Source: Sphingomonadales bacterium
GTDB lineage: Bacteria > Pseudomonadota > Alphaproteobacteria > Sphingomonadales > Sphingomonadaceae
DNA: 36,564 bases
NCBI GenBank assembly: GCA_038319335.1
Contig: JBBQDD010000001.1
Location: 1-36,564, forward strand
Direction of reading: 5' to 3'
The notes beneath the pieces were generated by a model. It did not search any database. It had not been told where the DNA came from and was given only the letters and a program-made list of their open reading frames with translations. A program made the position numbers and the translations under genes. This document shows, piece by piece, positions 1 to 10,296 of this stretch (position 1 is the first letter of the stretch; every line of letters starts with the position of its first letter).

Positions 1-2
1 GC

Positions 3-1619
3 GCGGTCGCCGCGCCTGAAAACCGGCCCGGCCCGGTCATCGCCGAGCGGGCGCTGGCCCCCTCCACTGCCAAGCCGCGTGCCAAGCAGGCCTCGCTCGA
101 CCTGCGCGACAATTACCGGTTGCCGCCGCTCGATCTGCTGAAACCCGCGCCCAAAAGCGGCAATATGGTGATCGACAAGGCCGCGCTGGAGCGCAATGCG
201 CGGCTGCTCGAATCGGTGCTCGACGATTTTCACGTCAAGGGCGTGATTGTTGAAGTGCGGCCAGGCCCCGTCGTGACAATGTACGAGCTGGAGCCGGCCA
301 GCGGCATCAAGGCGAGCCGGGTGATCCAGCTGGCAGATGATATTGCCCGCAACATGTCCGCCATTTCAGCACGGGTGGCGACGATTCCGGGGCGCAGCGT
401 GATCGGCATCGAGCTGCCCAATGCGCGGCGCGAAGCGGTGAACCTGCACGAACTGGTCGGCAGCCAGAGTGTTGAGGATCAATCCGCCCAGCTGCCGATC
501 ATCCTGGGCAAGAACATCGCAGGCGACCCGGTGATCGCCGATCTGGCACCGATGCCGCATCTGCTCGTCGCGGGTACCACCGGATCGGGGAAGTCGGTGG
601 GGCTGAACTGCATGATCCTGTCGCTGTTGTACCGGCTGACGCCCGATCAGTGCCGGATGATCATGATCGATCCCAAGATGCTCGAACTGTCGATGTATGC
701 CGATATCCCGCATCTGCTCGCCCCGGTCGTCACCGAGCCTGCGAAGGCCGTGCGCGCGCTGAAATGGGCGGTTGAGCAGATGGAGGATCGCTACCGGATG
801 CTCGCCTCGGTCAACGTGCGCAGCCTGGCCTCGTTCAACGACAAGGTGCGCGCCGCCAAGGCCAAGGGCCAACCGCTGGGCCGCAAGGTGCAGACCGGCT
901 ATGATCAGGCGACCGGCCAGCCGATTTACGAGGAAGAACCGCTCGATTTCCAGCCACTGCCGCAAATCGTGATCATCGTGGACGAACTGGCCGATCTGAT
1001 GATGACGGCAGGCAAGGAAGTGGAATTCCTGATCCAGCGATTGGCGCAAAAGGCGCGCGCGGCGGGCATCCACCTGATCATGGCAACCCAGCGCCCGTCG
1101 GTCGATGTGATCACCGGCGTGATCAAGGCCAATCTGCCGACCCGGATCAGTTTCCACGTCACCTCGAAAATCGATTCGCGCACGATTTTGGGCGAACAGG
1201 GCGCAGAACAGCTACTCGGCAAGGGCGACATGCTCTATATGCCCGGCGGCAAGCAGATTGCGCGCGTGCACGGCCCGTTCGTGTCGGATGACGAGGTGCA
1301 GGCAGTGGCCAATCACTGGCGCAGCCAGGGCCAGCCCGATTACATCCAGTCAGTCACCGAAGAGCCGGAAGACGGCTTTGCGCTCGACGGCGCGCCGGAC
1401 GGCGAGGATTCGGCGGAGGACCAGCAATATCGCAATGCCCGCCAGCTGGTGGCCGAAAGCCAGAAGGCATCGACGTCATGGCTGCAACGCCAGCTGCGCA
1501 TCGGCTATAACAGCGCCGCCCGGCTGATCGAACGGATGGAGCGTGACGGATTGGTGTCAAAACCCGATCATGTCGGCCGCCGCGAAGTGCTGATGGATCA
1601 GGAGGGGCGGCCGATTTGA
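3..1619 (+). CDS. ftsK: DNA translocase FtsK (5' end outside window)
   Basis: Frame is open from the window start. Walker A GTTGSGKS, Walker B IIVDE, ATQRPS motif and C-terminal gamma domain (STSWLQRQLRIGYNSAARLIE). Confidence 0.97.
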   Translation, partial: AVAAPENRPGPVIAERALAPSTAKPRAKQASLDLRDNYRLPPLDLLKPAPKSGNMVIDKAALERNARLLESVLDDFHVKGVIVEVRPGPVVTMYELEPASGIKASRVIQLADDIARNMSAISARVATIPGRSVIGIELPNARREAVNLHELVGSQSVEDQSAQLPIILGKNIAGDPVIADLAPMPHLLVAGTTGSGKSVGLNCMILSLLYRLTPDQCRMIMIDPKMLELSMYADIPHLLAPVVTEPAKAVRALKWAVEQMEDRYRMLASVNVRSLASFNDKVRAAKAKGQPLGRKVQTGYDQATGQPIYEEEPLDFQPLPQIVIIVDELADLMMTAGKEVEFLIQRLAQKARAAGIHLIMATQRPSVDVITGVIKANLPTRISFHVTSKIDSRTILGEQGAEQLLGKGDMLYMPGGKQIARVHGPFVSDDEVQAVANHWRSQGQPDYIQSVTEEPEDGFALDGAPDGEDSAEDQQYRNARQLVAESQKASTSWLQRQLRIGYNSAARLIERMERDGLVSKPDHVGRREVLMDQEGRPI

Positions 1620-1649
1620 TGTTGGCGGCTGGCATAATGTGGCGCGCCA

Positions 1650-1665
1650 GTTCACCGCCCGTTCA
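1650..1665 (+). promoter_or_regulatory. GTTCA-N6-GTTCA direct repeat upstream of lolA (LexA-type GTTC-N7-GTTC, or TGA-N8-TGA on the minus strand)
   Basis: gttcaccgcccgttca at 1650-1665 in the ftsK-lolA intergenic region. Confidence 0.4.
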
Positions 1666-1730
1666 AATCGCCGCGCCATAGGTCATCCGATCATTTCTGT
1701 GGACGTCAGCTGACAAGGTCAGATCCCAAA

Positions 1731-2360
1731 TTGGAGAGTGACAGCGTGAAATTTCGGCCCCTGCTCGCATTGCCCCTGATGCTGGCGATTCCCCTGGCGG
1801 TTGCAGCACCAGCCACGGGTGATCTGGCGCTGGTGCAGGATCATCTTCGTTCGGTAGACAGCCTGACCGCCAATTTCAGCCAGACCGACCGGAACGGCAA
1901 GACGCTGGACGGCACGCTGACGCTGAAAAAGCCGGGCAAAATCCGCTTCCAGTATGAAAAAGGCGTTCCGATCCTGATTGTCGGCGATGGCAAAGCACTG
2001 TGGTTCCTGGATTATTCGGTACGCCAGAAGCAGCGTTGGCCGATCGGCAACTCGCCGCTGGGCGTTCTGCTTGATCCCAACAAGGATATCACGCGCTTTG
2101 CCAAGGTTATGCGGACCGCCGATCCGCGGGTGATTTCGGTTGAGGCAAGCGATCCGCGCCATCCCGAATATGGGCGGATTACGCTGGTTTTTGCGCGCAG
2201 CGCCAGCGCGCCGGGCGGGCTGATGATGCAGGGCTGGGTTGCGCTGGATGCCCAGAATAACCGCACCACCATCCGCTTGACGAACCAGGTTTTCAACGCG
2301 CCCGTTGCCGACCGCGCCTTCCGCTGGACCGACCCCACGTTACGCGGAGGCAAAAACTGA
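1731..2360 (+). CDS. lolA: Outer-membrane lipoprotein carrier LolA family (start could be GTG 1746)
   Basis: Signal peptide, SLTANFSQ...G.L.LKKPGKIRFQY...IVGDGK motifs, and the usual position downstream of ftsK. Confidence 0.9.
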   Translation: MESDSVKFRPLLALPLMLAIPLAVAAPATGDLALVQDHLRSVDSLTANFSQTDRNGKTLDGTLTLKKPGKIRFQYEKGVPILIVGDGKALWFLDYSVRQKQRWPIGNSPLGVLLDPNKDITRFAKVMRTADPRVISVEASDPRHPEYGRITLVFARSASAPGGLMMQGWVALDAQNNRTTIRLTNQVFNAPVADRAFRWTDPTLRGGKN

Positions 2361-2430
2361 AACTGCCGCCGTTTCGGTGCTACCGCGCTTTCATTCATAT
2401 TGGCGACAGGTTCACCGCGCTAAACGAATT

Positions 2431-2545
2431 GGGCGAACGCGGTGCCGCCGGGATTTCCCCCCTGTTACCCGGCACGCCCGTTCTGCCTGCGTGACGAACG
2501 CTAGGTCGGCCCTCGCTCCATGCCCCCGGAGCGGGGGCCTTTCCA
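2431..2545 (+). ncRNA. Candidate small RNA with three hairpins, two with C-rich loops
   Basis: Stems at 2447-2452/2468-2473 (loop ATTTCCCCCCTGTTA), 2479-2483/2496-2500, and 2508-2519/2528-2539 (loop ATGCCCCC) followed by TTT, within a 257-bp intergenic gap. Confidence 0.5.
2508..2545 (+). terminator. GC-rich terminator-like hairpin
   Basis: GGCCCTCGCTCC-ATGCCCCC-GGAGCGGGGGCC forms a 12-bp stem with one G-U pair, followed by a short T tract. Confidence 0.5.
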
Positions 2546-2617
2546 TATCAGGCGCTTTTCTCGCCCGTTCCTGCCCGGCTGGCTAGCGGTAGGCCGAACG
2601 CGGGGCTACATCGCGGC

Positions 2618-3412
2618 ATGGCCGAAACAATCAAGATCGCTTCGTGGAACATCAACTCGGTGCGGTTCCGCATCGACATTGTCGAGCAGTTCCTGCGGGA
2701 ATCAGCGCCAGACATTCTGTGCCTGCAGGAAACCAAGGTCATGGATGGCGATTTTCCCGCCGCTGCCTTTCGTGCACTGGGCTACCCGCACCTGGCGCTC
2801 AACGGCCAGCGGATGCACCACGGCGTGGCAATTATCAGCAAGATGCCGCTCCACGCGCATGACCGGCTCGACTGGCAGGCCAATGGCGAAGCCCGGCACC
2901 TGGGCGTTCGACTCGATAATGGCCTGCGAATCGAAAATGTTTATGTGCCGGCCGGCGGGGATATTCCCGATCGCGAATTGAACCCCAAATTCGGGCAGAA
3001 GCTGGATTTTCTCGAACGGATGACCCGCTGGTCGGAAGGGATAAAGGGCCCAACGCTGCTGGTCGGCGATTTCAACATTGCCCCGCTCGAATCGGATGTG
3101 TGGAGCCACAAGCAACTGATCGACGTGGTGAGCCATACCCCTGTCGAGGTTGAAGCGCTTGCCCGGTTGCAGGCGGCGGGCGACTGGACTGATCTGGGCC
3201 GCCGCTTCATCCCCGCGCCGGAACGCCTGTTCACCTGGTGGAGCTACCGCGCCAAGGATTGGGCGGCGTCCGATCGTGGGCGGCGCCTTGACCATATGTG
3301 GGCGAGCAGCGATCTGGCAGCCACCGCAACCCGGCATGATGTGCACGAAGCCGCACGCAGTTGGCTGAAACCGTCGGATCACATCCCGATCGTCACTGAG
3401 TTCTCGCTATGA
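2618..3412 (+). CDS. xth: Exodeoxyribonuclease III / AP endonuclease
   Basis: SWNINS, LQETK, GDFN, RLDH and SDH motifs. Confidence 0.95.
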   Translation: MAETIKIASWNINSVRFRIDIVEQFLRESAPDILCLQETKVMDGDFPAAAFRALGYPHLALNGQRMHHGVAIISKMPLHAHDRLDWQANGEARHLGVRLDNGLRIENVYVPAGGDIPDRELNPKFGQKLDFLERMTRWSEGIKGPTLLVGDFNIAPLESDVWSHKQLIDVVSHTPVEVEALARLQAAGDWTDLGRRFIPAPERLFTWWSYRAKDWAASDRGRRLDHMWASSDLAATATRHDVHEAARSWLKPSDHIPIVTEFSL

Positions 3413-4467
3413 GCGCACGCTTGGTCGCCCAGGCGATCGATTCGCTGCGGCGCGGATGGCCCGTCGGGATACGCACCGATCACGGCAGCATGGCGGTACT
3501 TGCCATCGAAACGGCCGATCCGGTGCGGCTGGCGGCATTTGATGCGGATGACACCGCCACGGTCCTGATCTCCTCAGGGCGGGCCGCCACGCTCAAACTG
3601 ACCAATCAGGCCCCTGCAGCCGCACCTGAATGCCCGGTGATGATCCAGCGGGCACCCTGGATTGATTTCGCCACGGCCACCGCGCTCGCCGATCCGCAGT
3701 TCGATTTGCTGACGCCGCTGAAGGGTCCATTTCGGACGACCGAGATTGCCGATCGGGATGCTGCCGCCGCTGCCCTGCGGCTGGCGACGCTGGCCGGCAT
3801 GCTTCCGGCGTTTTTTGTGCTGGCAGGCGCAGAGGCCATGCCAATCCTGTCACCCGCCGACATCGATGATCATCAGGACGCGCTGCGGCTGACCATTGCG
3901 GCGCGCGCGCATTTGCCAGTCGCGGGCGCCGAATCGGCGGAAATCGTCGCGTTTAGAACGCCGGAAATGCCGGGCGAGCATGTCGCGCTGATGATCGGGG
4001 CACCCAATGGGCAGCCGCCGCTGGTGCGGCTGCACAGCGAATGCCTGACGGGGGATGTGCTCGGCAGTCTGAAATGCGATTGCGGGCCGCAGCTTGATGC
4101 AGCCATTGAGGCCATCGCGGCCAGCGGCTGGGGCATATTGCTGTACTTGCGGCAGGAAGGGCGCGGGATTGGGCTGATCAACAAGCTGCGCGCCTATGCG
4201 CTGCAGGATCAGGGGTTCGATACCGTCGATGCCAATACAAGGCTGGGCTTTGCGGTCGATTCGCGCGACTTCAGCGTTGCGGCGCGGATGCTGGCGCTGC
4301 TGGGGCAGCGATCCGTTCGATTATTGACCAATAATCCGCAAAAGGTGGCGCAGCTGGAAGCCGCCGGGATCACCGTGATCGAACGGGTGCCGCATAAACT
4401 GCCCGCCAACCCCCATAACGAACGCTATCTGGCCACAAAGCGCGACCGCACGGGCCACGAATTTTAA
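3409..4467 (+). CDS. ribA: GTP cyclohydrolase II with N-terminal extension
   Basis: [21 protein letters not shown] and LLTNNP motifs in the C-terminal half. The start overlaps the xth stop (ATGA). Confidence 0.93.
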   Translation: MSARLVAQAIDSLRRGWPVGIRTDHGSMAVLAIETADPVRLAAFDADDTATVLISSGRAATLKLTNQAPAAAPECPVMIQRAPWIDFATATALADPQFDLLTPLKGPFRTTEIADRDAAAAALRLATLAGMLPAFFVLAGAEAMPILSPADIDDHQDALRLTIAARAHLPVAGAESAEIVAFRTPEMPGEHVALMIGAPNGQPPLVRLHSECLTGDVLGSLKCDCGPQLDAAIEAIAASGWGILLYLRQEGRGIGLINKLRAYALQDQGFDTVDANTRLGFAVDSRDFSVAARMLALLGQRSVRLLTNNPQKVAQLEAAGITVIERVPHKLPANPHNERYLATKRDRTGHEF

Positions 4468-5126
4468 GCTACCAGCCGGGCCACATCGGCAAAATCATGC
4501 GCGATCGCATCGACGCCGATACCGCGCAGCACCGCCGCATGATCAGCCCCGCAGTGCATCCCGGCACACAGGCCGATGACGTAAGCGCCGGATGCCACCG
4601 CACCCGTCGCGCCAACGGGGGAATCTTCCAGGATCACGCATTCCTCGATCGCGACGCCCAGCGCGGCGGCGGCGTGGAGGTATAGATCAGGCGCGGGCTT
4701 GCCCCGTTTGACATGTTCCTTGCCGCTGAAAATCCGGTCGCCAAAGGCGGCGCGCAGCCCGATATGGTCCAGATGCCGGGTGATCCAGCGTGTCGAGCTG
4801 GACGAGGCGATCGCGCGCGGCAGTGCGGGCGGCAGGGACTGAACGAAATCGATGGCACCGTGCACCGCGGCAATCCCTTCCGCCATCACCCGGTCATCCT
4901 CGGCGGCACGCGCCGCGTGAAACGTGTCGGGCAAAGGGCCGCCGATCCAGCGCTCGACAGCGGCATGAAAGTCGCGGTCGGCCAATCCCATGAACTGCGC
5001 CATCGATTCTTCAACGGTGGTAGGATGACCGACGCTGCTCAAAAAAGCGGCGATCTGGCGGTTGCCGACATACTCGCTGTCAATCAAAACGCCGTCAAAA
5101 TCGAAGATGATCGCTGAAAACTTCAC
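4464..5126 (-). CDS. HAD family phosphatase (CbbY/beta-PGM-like)
   Basis: [10 protein letters not shown] motif I, KPAPD, and EDS motif IV. Confidence 0.9.
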   Translation of the reverse strand: MKFSAIIFDFDGVLIDSEYVGNRQIAAFLSSVGHPTTVEESMAQFMGLADRDFHAAVERWIGGPLPDTFHAARAAEDDRVMAEGIAAVHGAIDFVQSLPPALPRAIASSSSTRWITRHLDHIGLRAAFGDRIFSGKEHVKRGKPAPDLYLHAAAALGVAIEECVILEDSPVGATGAVASGAYVIGLCAGMHCGADHAAVLRGIGVDAIAHDFADVARLVA

Positions 5127-5791
5127 GCCCGCGCCCCAAATAATGCGCTGCCAACGCGCACATGGGTGGCTCCCAAGGTGACGGCAGTTTCAAAATCACT
5201 CGACATGCCCATGCTGAGCCCCGTCACCCCATTGTCACGCGCCAGTTTGGCGAGCAGCGCGAAATAAGGGGCCGGCTCAAGATCAGCGGGAGGCAGGCAC
5301 ATCAGGCCGCCGATCGGCAAAGCGGCCTGGCGTGCTTCCGCGATCAATCCAGCCAGTCCGGCGGTCGGCACGCCACCCTTTTGCGGTTCATCCCCGATAT
5401 TGACCTGGATGAAGCACGCCGGTCGTCTGCCGGTTTTATCCATCGCTCGCGCCAGCGCCGTTACCAGCGATGGCCGGTCGACGGCGTGGATGGCATCGAA
5501 CAGCGCCACGGCTGCCTCGGCCTTGTTCGACTGGAGCTGCCCGATCAAATGCACGGCAATATCCGGCGTTTCGTCGCGCAAAACGGGCCACTTCTGTTCT
5601 GCTTCCTGCACGCGATTTTCGCCGAACACGCGCTGGCCTGCCTGCACCAGCGGGCGAATGGCCTCGACAGGCTGGGTTTTCGATACCGCGATCAACGTGA
5701 CGTCATCAGTACGGCGGCCCGCAAGCGTGGCGGCGGCGGCAATGGCTGCCTGTACATCTGCAAGGCGCTGGGCAGGATCGCGGTCTTTCAT
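5123..5791 (-). CDS. yggS: PLP homeostasis protein YggS
   Basis: AVSKT, FGENRVQE, IGQLQSNK, LSMGMSSDF and VRVGSALFG motifs. Start set at ATG 5791 because the longer ORF overlaps the divergent gene. Confidence 0.93.
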   Translation of the reverse strand: MKDRDPAQRLADVQAAIAAAATLAGRRTDDVTLIAVSKTQPVEAIRPLVQAGQRVFGENRVQEAEQKWPVLRDETPDIAVHLIGQLQSNKAEAAVALFDAIHAVDRPSLVTALARAMDKTGRRPACFIQVNIGDEPQKGGVPTAGLAGLIAEARQAALPIGGLMCLPPADLEPAPYFALLAKLARDNGVTGLSMGMSSDFETAVTLGATHVRVGSALFGARA

Positions 5792-5812
5792 CGGCGTGCT
5801 ATAGTCAGGCGG

Positions 5813-6385
5813 ATGCGCCCCCGTCACCCCCGGATTCCCACCCAGTGGCTGATGACCGACGAACGGATGGGCGACGCGTTGTGGGCGGCGCTGGAACGGA
5901 TACCACGTGGTGGCGGCGTGATTTTTCGCCATTACAGCCTGAACCTTGAGGCGCGGCGTGATCTTTACACCCGGGTGGCCAAGGTCGCCCGCCGGCGCAG
6001 GCTGATGCTGATCGTCGCCGGGACCGATTATCTTGGCCGGCACAGCGCAGGCACCCATGGCCGTTTTCCCAAGCGGCGCGCGGGGATCATCAGCTGGCCC
6101 GCCCATTCGCTACCGGAAATTATCGCGGCGAGGCGTGCAGGGGCCGATATCGTGTTGATCTCACCTGTTTTCACTACCCGATCGCACCCCGGGGCGGGCA
6201 ACCTGGGTGTCATCCGTGCAGCGCTGCTGGCCCGGCAAACGAAAATACCTGTGATCGCGCTGGGCGGCATGGACGGGGACAGGATGAAGCGGCTGAACGG
6301 TGCCGGGTTTCACGGATGGGCAGCAATCGATGCGTGGATTACGCCCAAGCGCGGGCGGCACCGCACCGGAGCATCCTCGGCTTAG
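5813..6385 (+). CDS. Thiamine phosphate synthase/TenI-like TIM-barrel protein
   Basis: WLMTD, AHS, SPVFTTRSHPG and VIALGG motifs. Start ATG 5813 follows a -10-like GCTATAGT. Confidence 0.75.
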   Translation: MRPRHPRIPTQWLMTDERMGDALWAALERIPRGGGVIFRHYSLNLEARRDLYTRVAKVARRRRLMLIVAGTDYLGRHSAGTHGRFPKRRAGIISWPAHSLPEIIAARRAGADIVLISPVFTTRSHPGAGNLGVIRAALLARQTKIPVIALGGMDGDRMKRLNGAGFHGWAAIDAWITPKRGRHRTGASSA

Positions 6386-7107
6386 AAGCGGAGTGCAGTG
6401 CCGATATAGACGGCCTGGCTATCACGCCGATTGTCGGTCAGCCGGTCAAGCCGGTTATTGCTTTCGCGTTTGTAGCGAAGCCCCGCCGTCAGATCGATAT
6501 TGCGCGCCACCGTGTAGGAACCCGCAACGTCGATCGCCACGGTGGGATTATCGGTAATGAACTTCGGTGTATCGCCCAGCGGACGATCGGCCGTGGCCCG
6601 CAACCGCGCCGATGCGCGCTTGCCTGAATAGCTGACGCCCAGACCGACCGATTCGCGGCTGCCCGGCAGACCGGCGAGATCAAGACGGCTGACATCCCCC
6701 GACAGCGCAAACCGCTTCCAGCCAACCGCAACGCCCAGATTATAGGCAATGGGCGCTAGGCCGATTGAGGCACCGGACACGGGTTCAGCCGAACCGATCC
6801 GCTGCGCCTCGCGAGAAACCGTTGTCGAGCGTGCACGCACCGCCACCGTCACCGCGCGACTGCCGTTGCGGCGCGACTCAGACGGCGTAAAGCGGAAATC
6901 GCTGTCATTCAGACCATTAAGCGCCAGCAACGCAGCCAGCTTTGGATCGGCCGAGGCAGGTGTGAACGTTGCGATGCTCCGGCTGATCGTCCGTTCCGCT
7001 GGAACAAGGCGGCGAGCGCCCTCCGATGCACCGAATGCAGGCACCACCAGACCGGCGACGATCAACGCCCCCAGCACAGAGCCAGCAATGGTGCGACGGT
7101 TCAACAC
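6382..7107 (-). CDS. Hypothetical exported protein, probable outer-membrane beta-barrel
   Basis: N-terminal signal peptide, alternating amphipathic beta strands, and a C-terminal YIGTALRF with terminal Phe. Confidence 0.65.
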   Translation of the reverse strand: MLNRRTIAGSVLGALIVAGLVVPAFGASEGARRLVPAERTISRSIATFTPASADPKLAALLALNGLNDSDFRFTPSESRRNGSRAVTVAVRARSTTVSREAQRIGSAEPVSGASIGLAPIAYNLGVAVGWKRFALSGDVSRLDLAGLPGSRESVGLGVSYSGKRASARLRATADRPLGDTPKFITDNPTVAIDVAGSYTVARNIDLTAGLRYKRESNNRLDRLTDNRRDSQAVYIGTALRF

Positions 7108-7316
7108 AACAAGTCCTTCGATTCCGAATACCCTTTATAGGGGTTTGCGCGCGCCGCACCACCGCCACAATTCACTTTGTGGAGAGAGTGTTGCATTCCG
7201 CCCACAATCGCCATTCCGGTTTCCAAGCGCGCACGGCCTGCGCGGCATGCTTGCGGGCTGGCGATACCATCTGTAGAGGCCAAGGGATCATTTTTCACTC
7301 GTCCAGGGAATAGCCC

Positions 7317-7754
7317 ATGACCCGCTTGTTGCGCACCGCGTTCGTGGCTTCGCTCGCCCTCCCCCTCGTTGCATGCGGTGGCGGGGCCAAAGACCGCCCT
7401 CGGGCCGATCTGGCGGCGTCGCAAGTCACCACGATTGGCGTCAACAGCTATTTGTGGCGCGCGTCGCTCGACACGATCAGCTTCATGCCGTTGCTGCAAA
7501 CCGATTCCAACGGTGGCGTCATCGTCAGCGACTGGTACGTCAACCCAGCCTCGCCTGCCGAGCGGATGAAGGTAACGATTTCGATCCTCGACCGCGATTT
7601 GCGGGCCGATGCGCTGCGGGTTACCGTGCAGCGCCAGATCAGCCGCAATAGCGATTGGGTCGATGCGCCGGTTCGTGCGGCCACTTCACAAAAACTGGAA
7701 GACATTATCCTGACCCGGGCCCGCGATTTGCGGCGCACCGCCATCGCCGGCTGA
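7317..7754 (+). CDS. DUF3576 family lipoprotein
   Basis: Lipobox [23 protein letters not shown]...GGVI.SDWY signature, and position upstream of leuS. Confidence 0.8.
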   Translation: MTRLLRTAFVASLALPLVACGGGAKDRPRADLAASQVTTIGVNSYLWRASLDTISFMPLLQTDSNGGVIVSDWYVNPASPAERMKVTISILDRDLRADALRVTVQRQISRNSDWVDAPVRAATSQKLEDIILTRARDLRRTAIAG

Positions 7755-7758
7755 TCGG

Positions 7759-10296
7759 ATGACCACGGCGCCGCGCTTCAACGCGCTGAAGGCGGACGCG
7801 GCCTGGCAGGCGATTTGGGATGAGCGCCAGACGTTTTCGGCTGGTGCCCATGGTTCGCCGGCGGATCGCAATCAGCCAAAATCCTATGTGCTTGAAATGT
7901 TTCCCTATCCATCGGGACGCATCCATATGGGGCACGTCCGCAACTACACGATGGGCGATGTGCTGGCGCGCTATCGGCGGAGGACGGGCCATCACGTTCT
8001 GCATCCCATGGGATGGGACTCGTTCGGCATGCCTGCCGAGAATGCAGCGATGGAAAAAGGGGTGCACCCGGGCGATTGGACGCGCGCCAACATTGCCAAT
8101 ATGCGCCGCCAGCTGAAGCAACTGGGCTTTGCGCTTGATTGGTCGCGCGAACTATCCACCTGCGAGCCCGATTATTACGGGCATGAACAGGCGCTGTTCC
8201 TTGATCTGTATGCGGCCGGGCTGGTTTATCGCCGCGAATCGGCGGTGAACTGGGATCCCGTCGATATGACGGTGCTTGCCAATGAGCAGGTGATCGACGG
8301 GCGCGGCTGGCGTTCCGGCGCGCTGGTTGAACGGCGCAAGCTGAACCAGTGGTTCTTGAAGATTACCGATTTTGCCGACGAGTTGCTCGATGGGCTGGGC
8401 GGGCTGGATGCCTGGCCGGACAAGGTCAAGCTGATGCAGGAAAACTGGATCGGCCGCAGCCAGGGGCTCGCGTTTCGGTTTGCCCTGTCAAACGATGGGC
8501 AGGTCGAAGTGTTTACGACGCGGCCCGACACGATCTTTGGTGCCAGCTTCGTTGCCGTGGCCGCCGATCATCCGATTGCGCGCGCTGCCGCCGAGACCAG
8601 CGCAGATGCCGCTGCATTCATGGAGCAATGCCGCAAGGGCGGCACGACCGCGGCGGAAATAGAGACGCAGGAAAAACTGGGCTTCGATACCGGGTTGACC
8701 GCCACCCACCCGTTTGATCCGAGCTGGCAACTGCCCTTGTACATCGCCAATTTCGTGCTGATGGATTATGGCAGCGGTGCGGTGTTCGGCGTGCCCGCGC
8801 ATGACCAGCGCGACCTTGATTTCGCGCGCAAATACGGCCTGCCGGTCACCCGCGTGGTCTCCGATGGTGATAACGAAACCCCGGTTTTTGCTGGCAATAC
8901 AGCCTATACCGGCCCCGGCACGCTGGTGAACTCGCACTTCCTTGACGGGATGGATGTGGAGGATGCGAAGCGCACCGTGATCCGCCGGGCCGAGGATGAT
9001 GGCTGGGGCACGGGCCGCACGATATTCCGCCTGCGCGACTGGGGCGTCAGCCGCCAGCGTTATTGGGGCACGCCAATCCCGATCATCCACTGCGATGTTT
9101 GCGGCGCGGTGCCTGTGCCCCGCGCGCAATTACCGGTGGTGTTGCCGGAAGACGTGACCTTCGACGTGCCGGGCAACCCGCTCGACCGGCATCCGACCTG
9201 GAAGCATGTGCCGTGCCCCACCTGCGGCGCAGAGGCCCGGCGGGAAACCGACACGCTGGATACATTCGTCAATTCATCATGGTATTTCATTCGCTTCGCC
9301 AGCCAGCCGACCGACAAGCCGTTCGACCAGGCCGAGGCCGAGGCCTGGCTGCCGGTGGGCCAGTATATCGGCGGCGTGGAGCATGCGATCCTCCACCTGC
9401 TCTATGCGCGGTTCTGGACGCGCGCATTGAAGCATATCGGGCGGCTGAATGTCGCTGAGCCTTTTGCGGGATTGTTCACGCAGGGCATGGTGACGCACGA
9501 AACCTATAAATCGGTGGACGGCCAATGGCTGTCGCCGGACGATATTTCGAACATCGACGGCGTATTTGTCGAACGCGCTGATGGACGCCCCGTCACCGTC
9601 GGCCGCGTCGAGAAAATGTCGAAATCGAAGAAGAACACCGTCGATCCCGAACCGATTGTCGAACAATATGGCGCGGACGCCGTGCGCTGGTTCATGCTGT
9701 CGGACTCGCCGCCGGAACGCGACCTGCCATGGAGCGAATCCGGGATTGAGGGATCGTGGCGCTATATTCAGCGGCTGTGGCGGCTGCTGCAGTCCGAAAA
9801 TGGCAACCCACCCGCTGAAGGGCGAGACATGGCGCTTGAGCGCAAGCTTCACCAGACGATTGCGGGCGTTGGCGCGGATATCGAGGCATTGGGCTTCAAC
9901 AAAGCCGTCGCCCGGCTGTATGAGCTGACCAATGCGATTGATCGTGCCCTGCCATCGGCATCGCGCACTGCGGCGATCCAGGCGCTGCTGAAGCTGGTCG
10001 CCCCCATGGTGCCGCATGTTGCCGAGGAAGCATGGGCGTCGCTTGGCGGTGAGGGATTGATTGCCGATGCGACGTGGCCCAAGGTCGATCCCGCGCTGCT
10101 GGTGGAGGACGAAGTGACAATCGCGATCCAGATCAACGGCAAGCTGCGTGACACCCAGGTTGTTGCCAAGGGCATGTCGCGTGAGGCGATGGAGGCGATG
10201 GCGCTCGCCAATACTCATGTCCAGCGTGTGCTTGACGGAGCGTCACCACGAAAGATCATCGTCGTGCCCGATCGCCTGGTAAATCTGGTCGCATGA
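7759..10296 (+). CDS. leuS: Leucine--tRNA ligase
   Basis: MFPYPSG..HMGH and KMSKS motifs; 845 aa. Confidence 0.98.
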   Translation: MTTAPRFNALKADAAWQAIWDERQTFSAGAHGSPADRNQPKSYVLEMFPYPSGRIHMGHVRNYTMGDVLARYRRRTGHHVLHPMGWDSFGMPAENAAMEKGVHPGDWTRANIANMRRQLKQLGFALDWSRELSTCEPDYYGHEQALFLDLYAAGLVYRRESAVNWDPVDMTVLANEQVIDGRGWRSGALVERRKLNQWFLKITDFADELLDGLGGLDAWPDKVKLMQENWIGRSQGLAFRFALSNDGQVEVFTTRPDTIFGASFVAVAADHPIARAAAETSADAAAFMEQCRKGGTTAAEIETQEKLGFDTGLTATHPFDPSWQLPLYIANFVLMDYGSGAVFGVPAHDQRDLDFARKYGLPVTRVVSDGDNETPVFAGNTAYTGPGTLVNSHFLDGMDVEDAKRTVIRRAEDDGWGTGRTIFRLRDWGVSRQRYWGTPIPIIHCDVCGAVPVPRAQLPVVLPEDVTFDVPGNPLDRHPTWKHVPCPTCGAEARRETDTLDTFVNSSWYFIRFASQPTDKPFDQAEAEAWLPVGQYIGGVEHAILHLLYARFWTRALKHIGRLNVAEPFAGLFTQGMVTHETYKSVDGQWLSPDDISNIDGVFVERADGRPVTVGRVEKMSKSKKNTVDPEPIVEQYGADAVRWFMLSDSPPERDLPWSESGIEGSWRYIQRLWRLLQSENGNPPAEGRDMALERKLHQTIAGVGADIEALGFNKAVARLYELTNAIDRALPSASRTAAIQALLKLVAPMVPHVAEEAWASLGGEGLIADATWPKVDPALLVEDEVTIAIQINGKLRDTQVVAKGMSREAMEAMALANTHVQRVLDGASPRKIIVVPDRLVNLVA

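Noticed and set aside
2520-2981. 153-aa ORF crossing the lolA-xth gap
   Set aside because: It overlaps xth out of frame, has atypical composition, and starts inside the terminator-like hairpin.
5902-5911. ACCACGTGGT palindrome resembling the parS core
   Set aside because: It lacks the GTT/AAC arms, so it is too divergent to call.
5162-6106. Long N-terminal extensions of the yggS (327 aa) and ThiE-like (407 aa) ORFs suggesting extensive antisense overlap
   Set aside because: The extensions are open frames expected in GC-rich DNA. Recognisable homology begins at 5791 (minus) and 5813 (plus).
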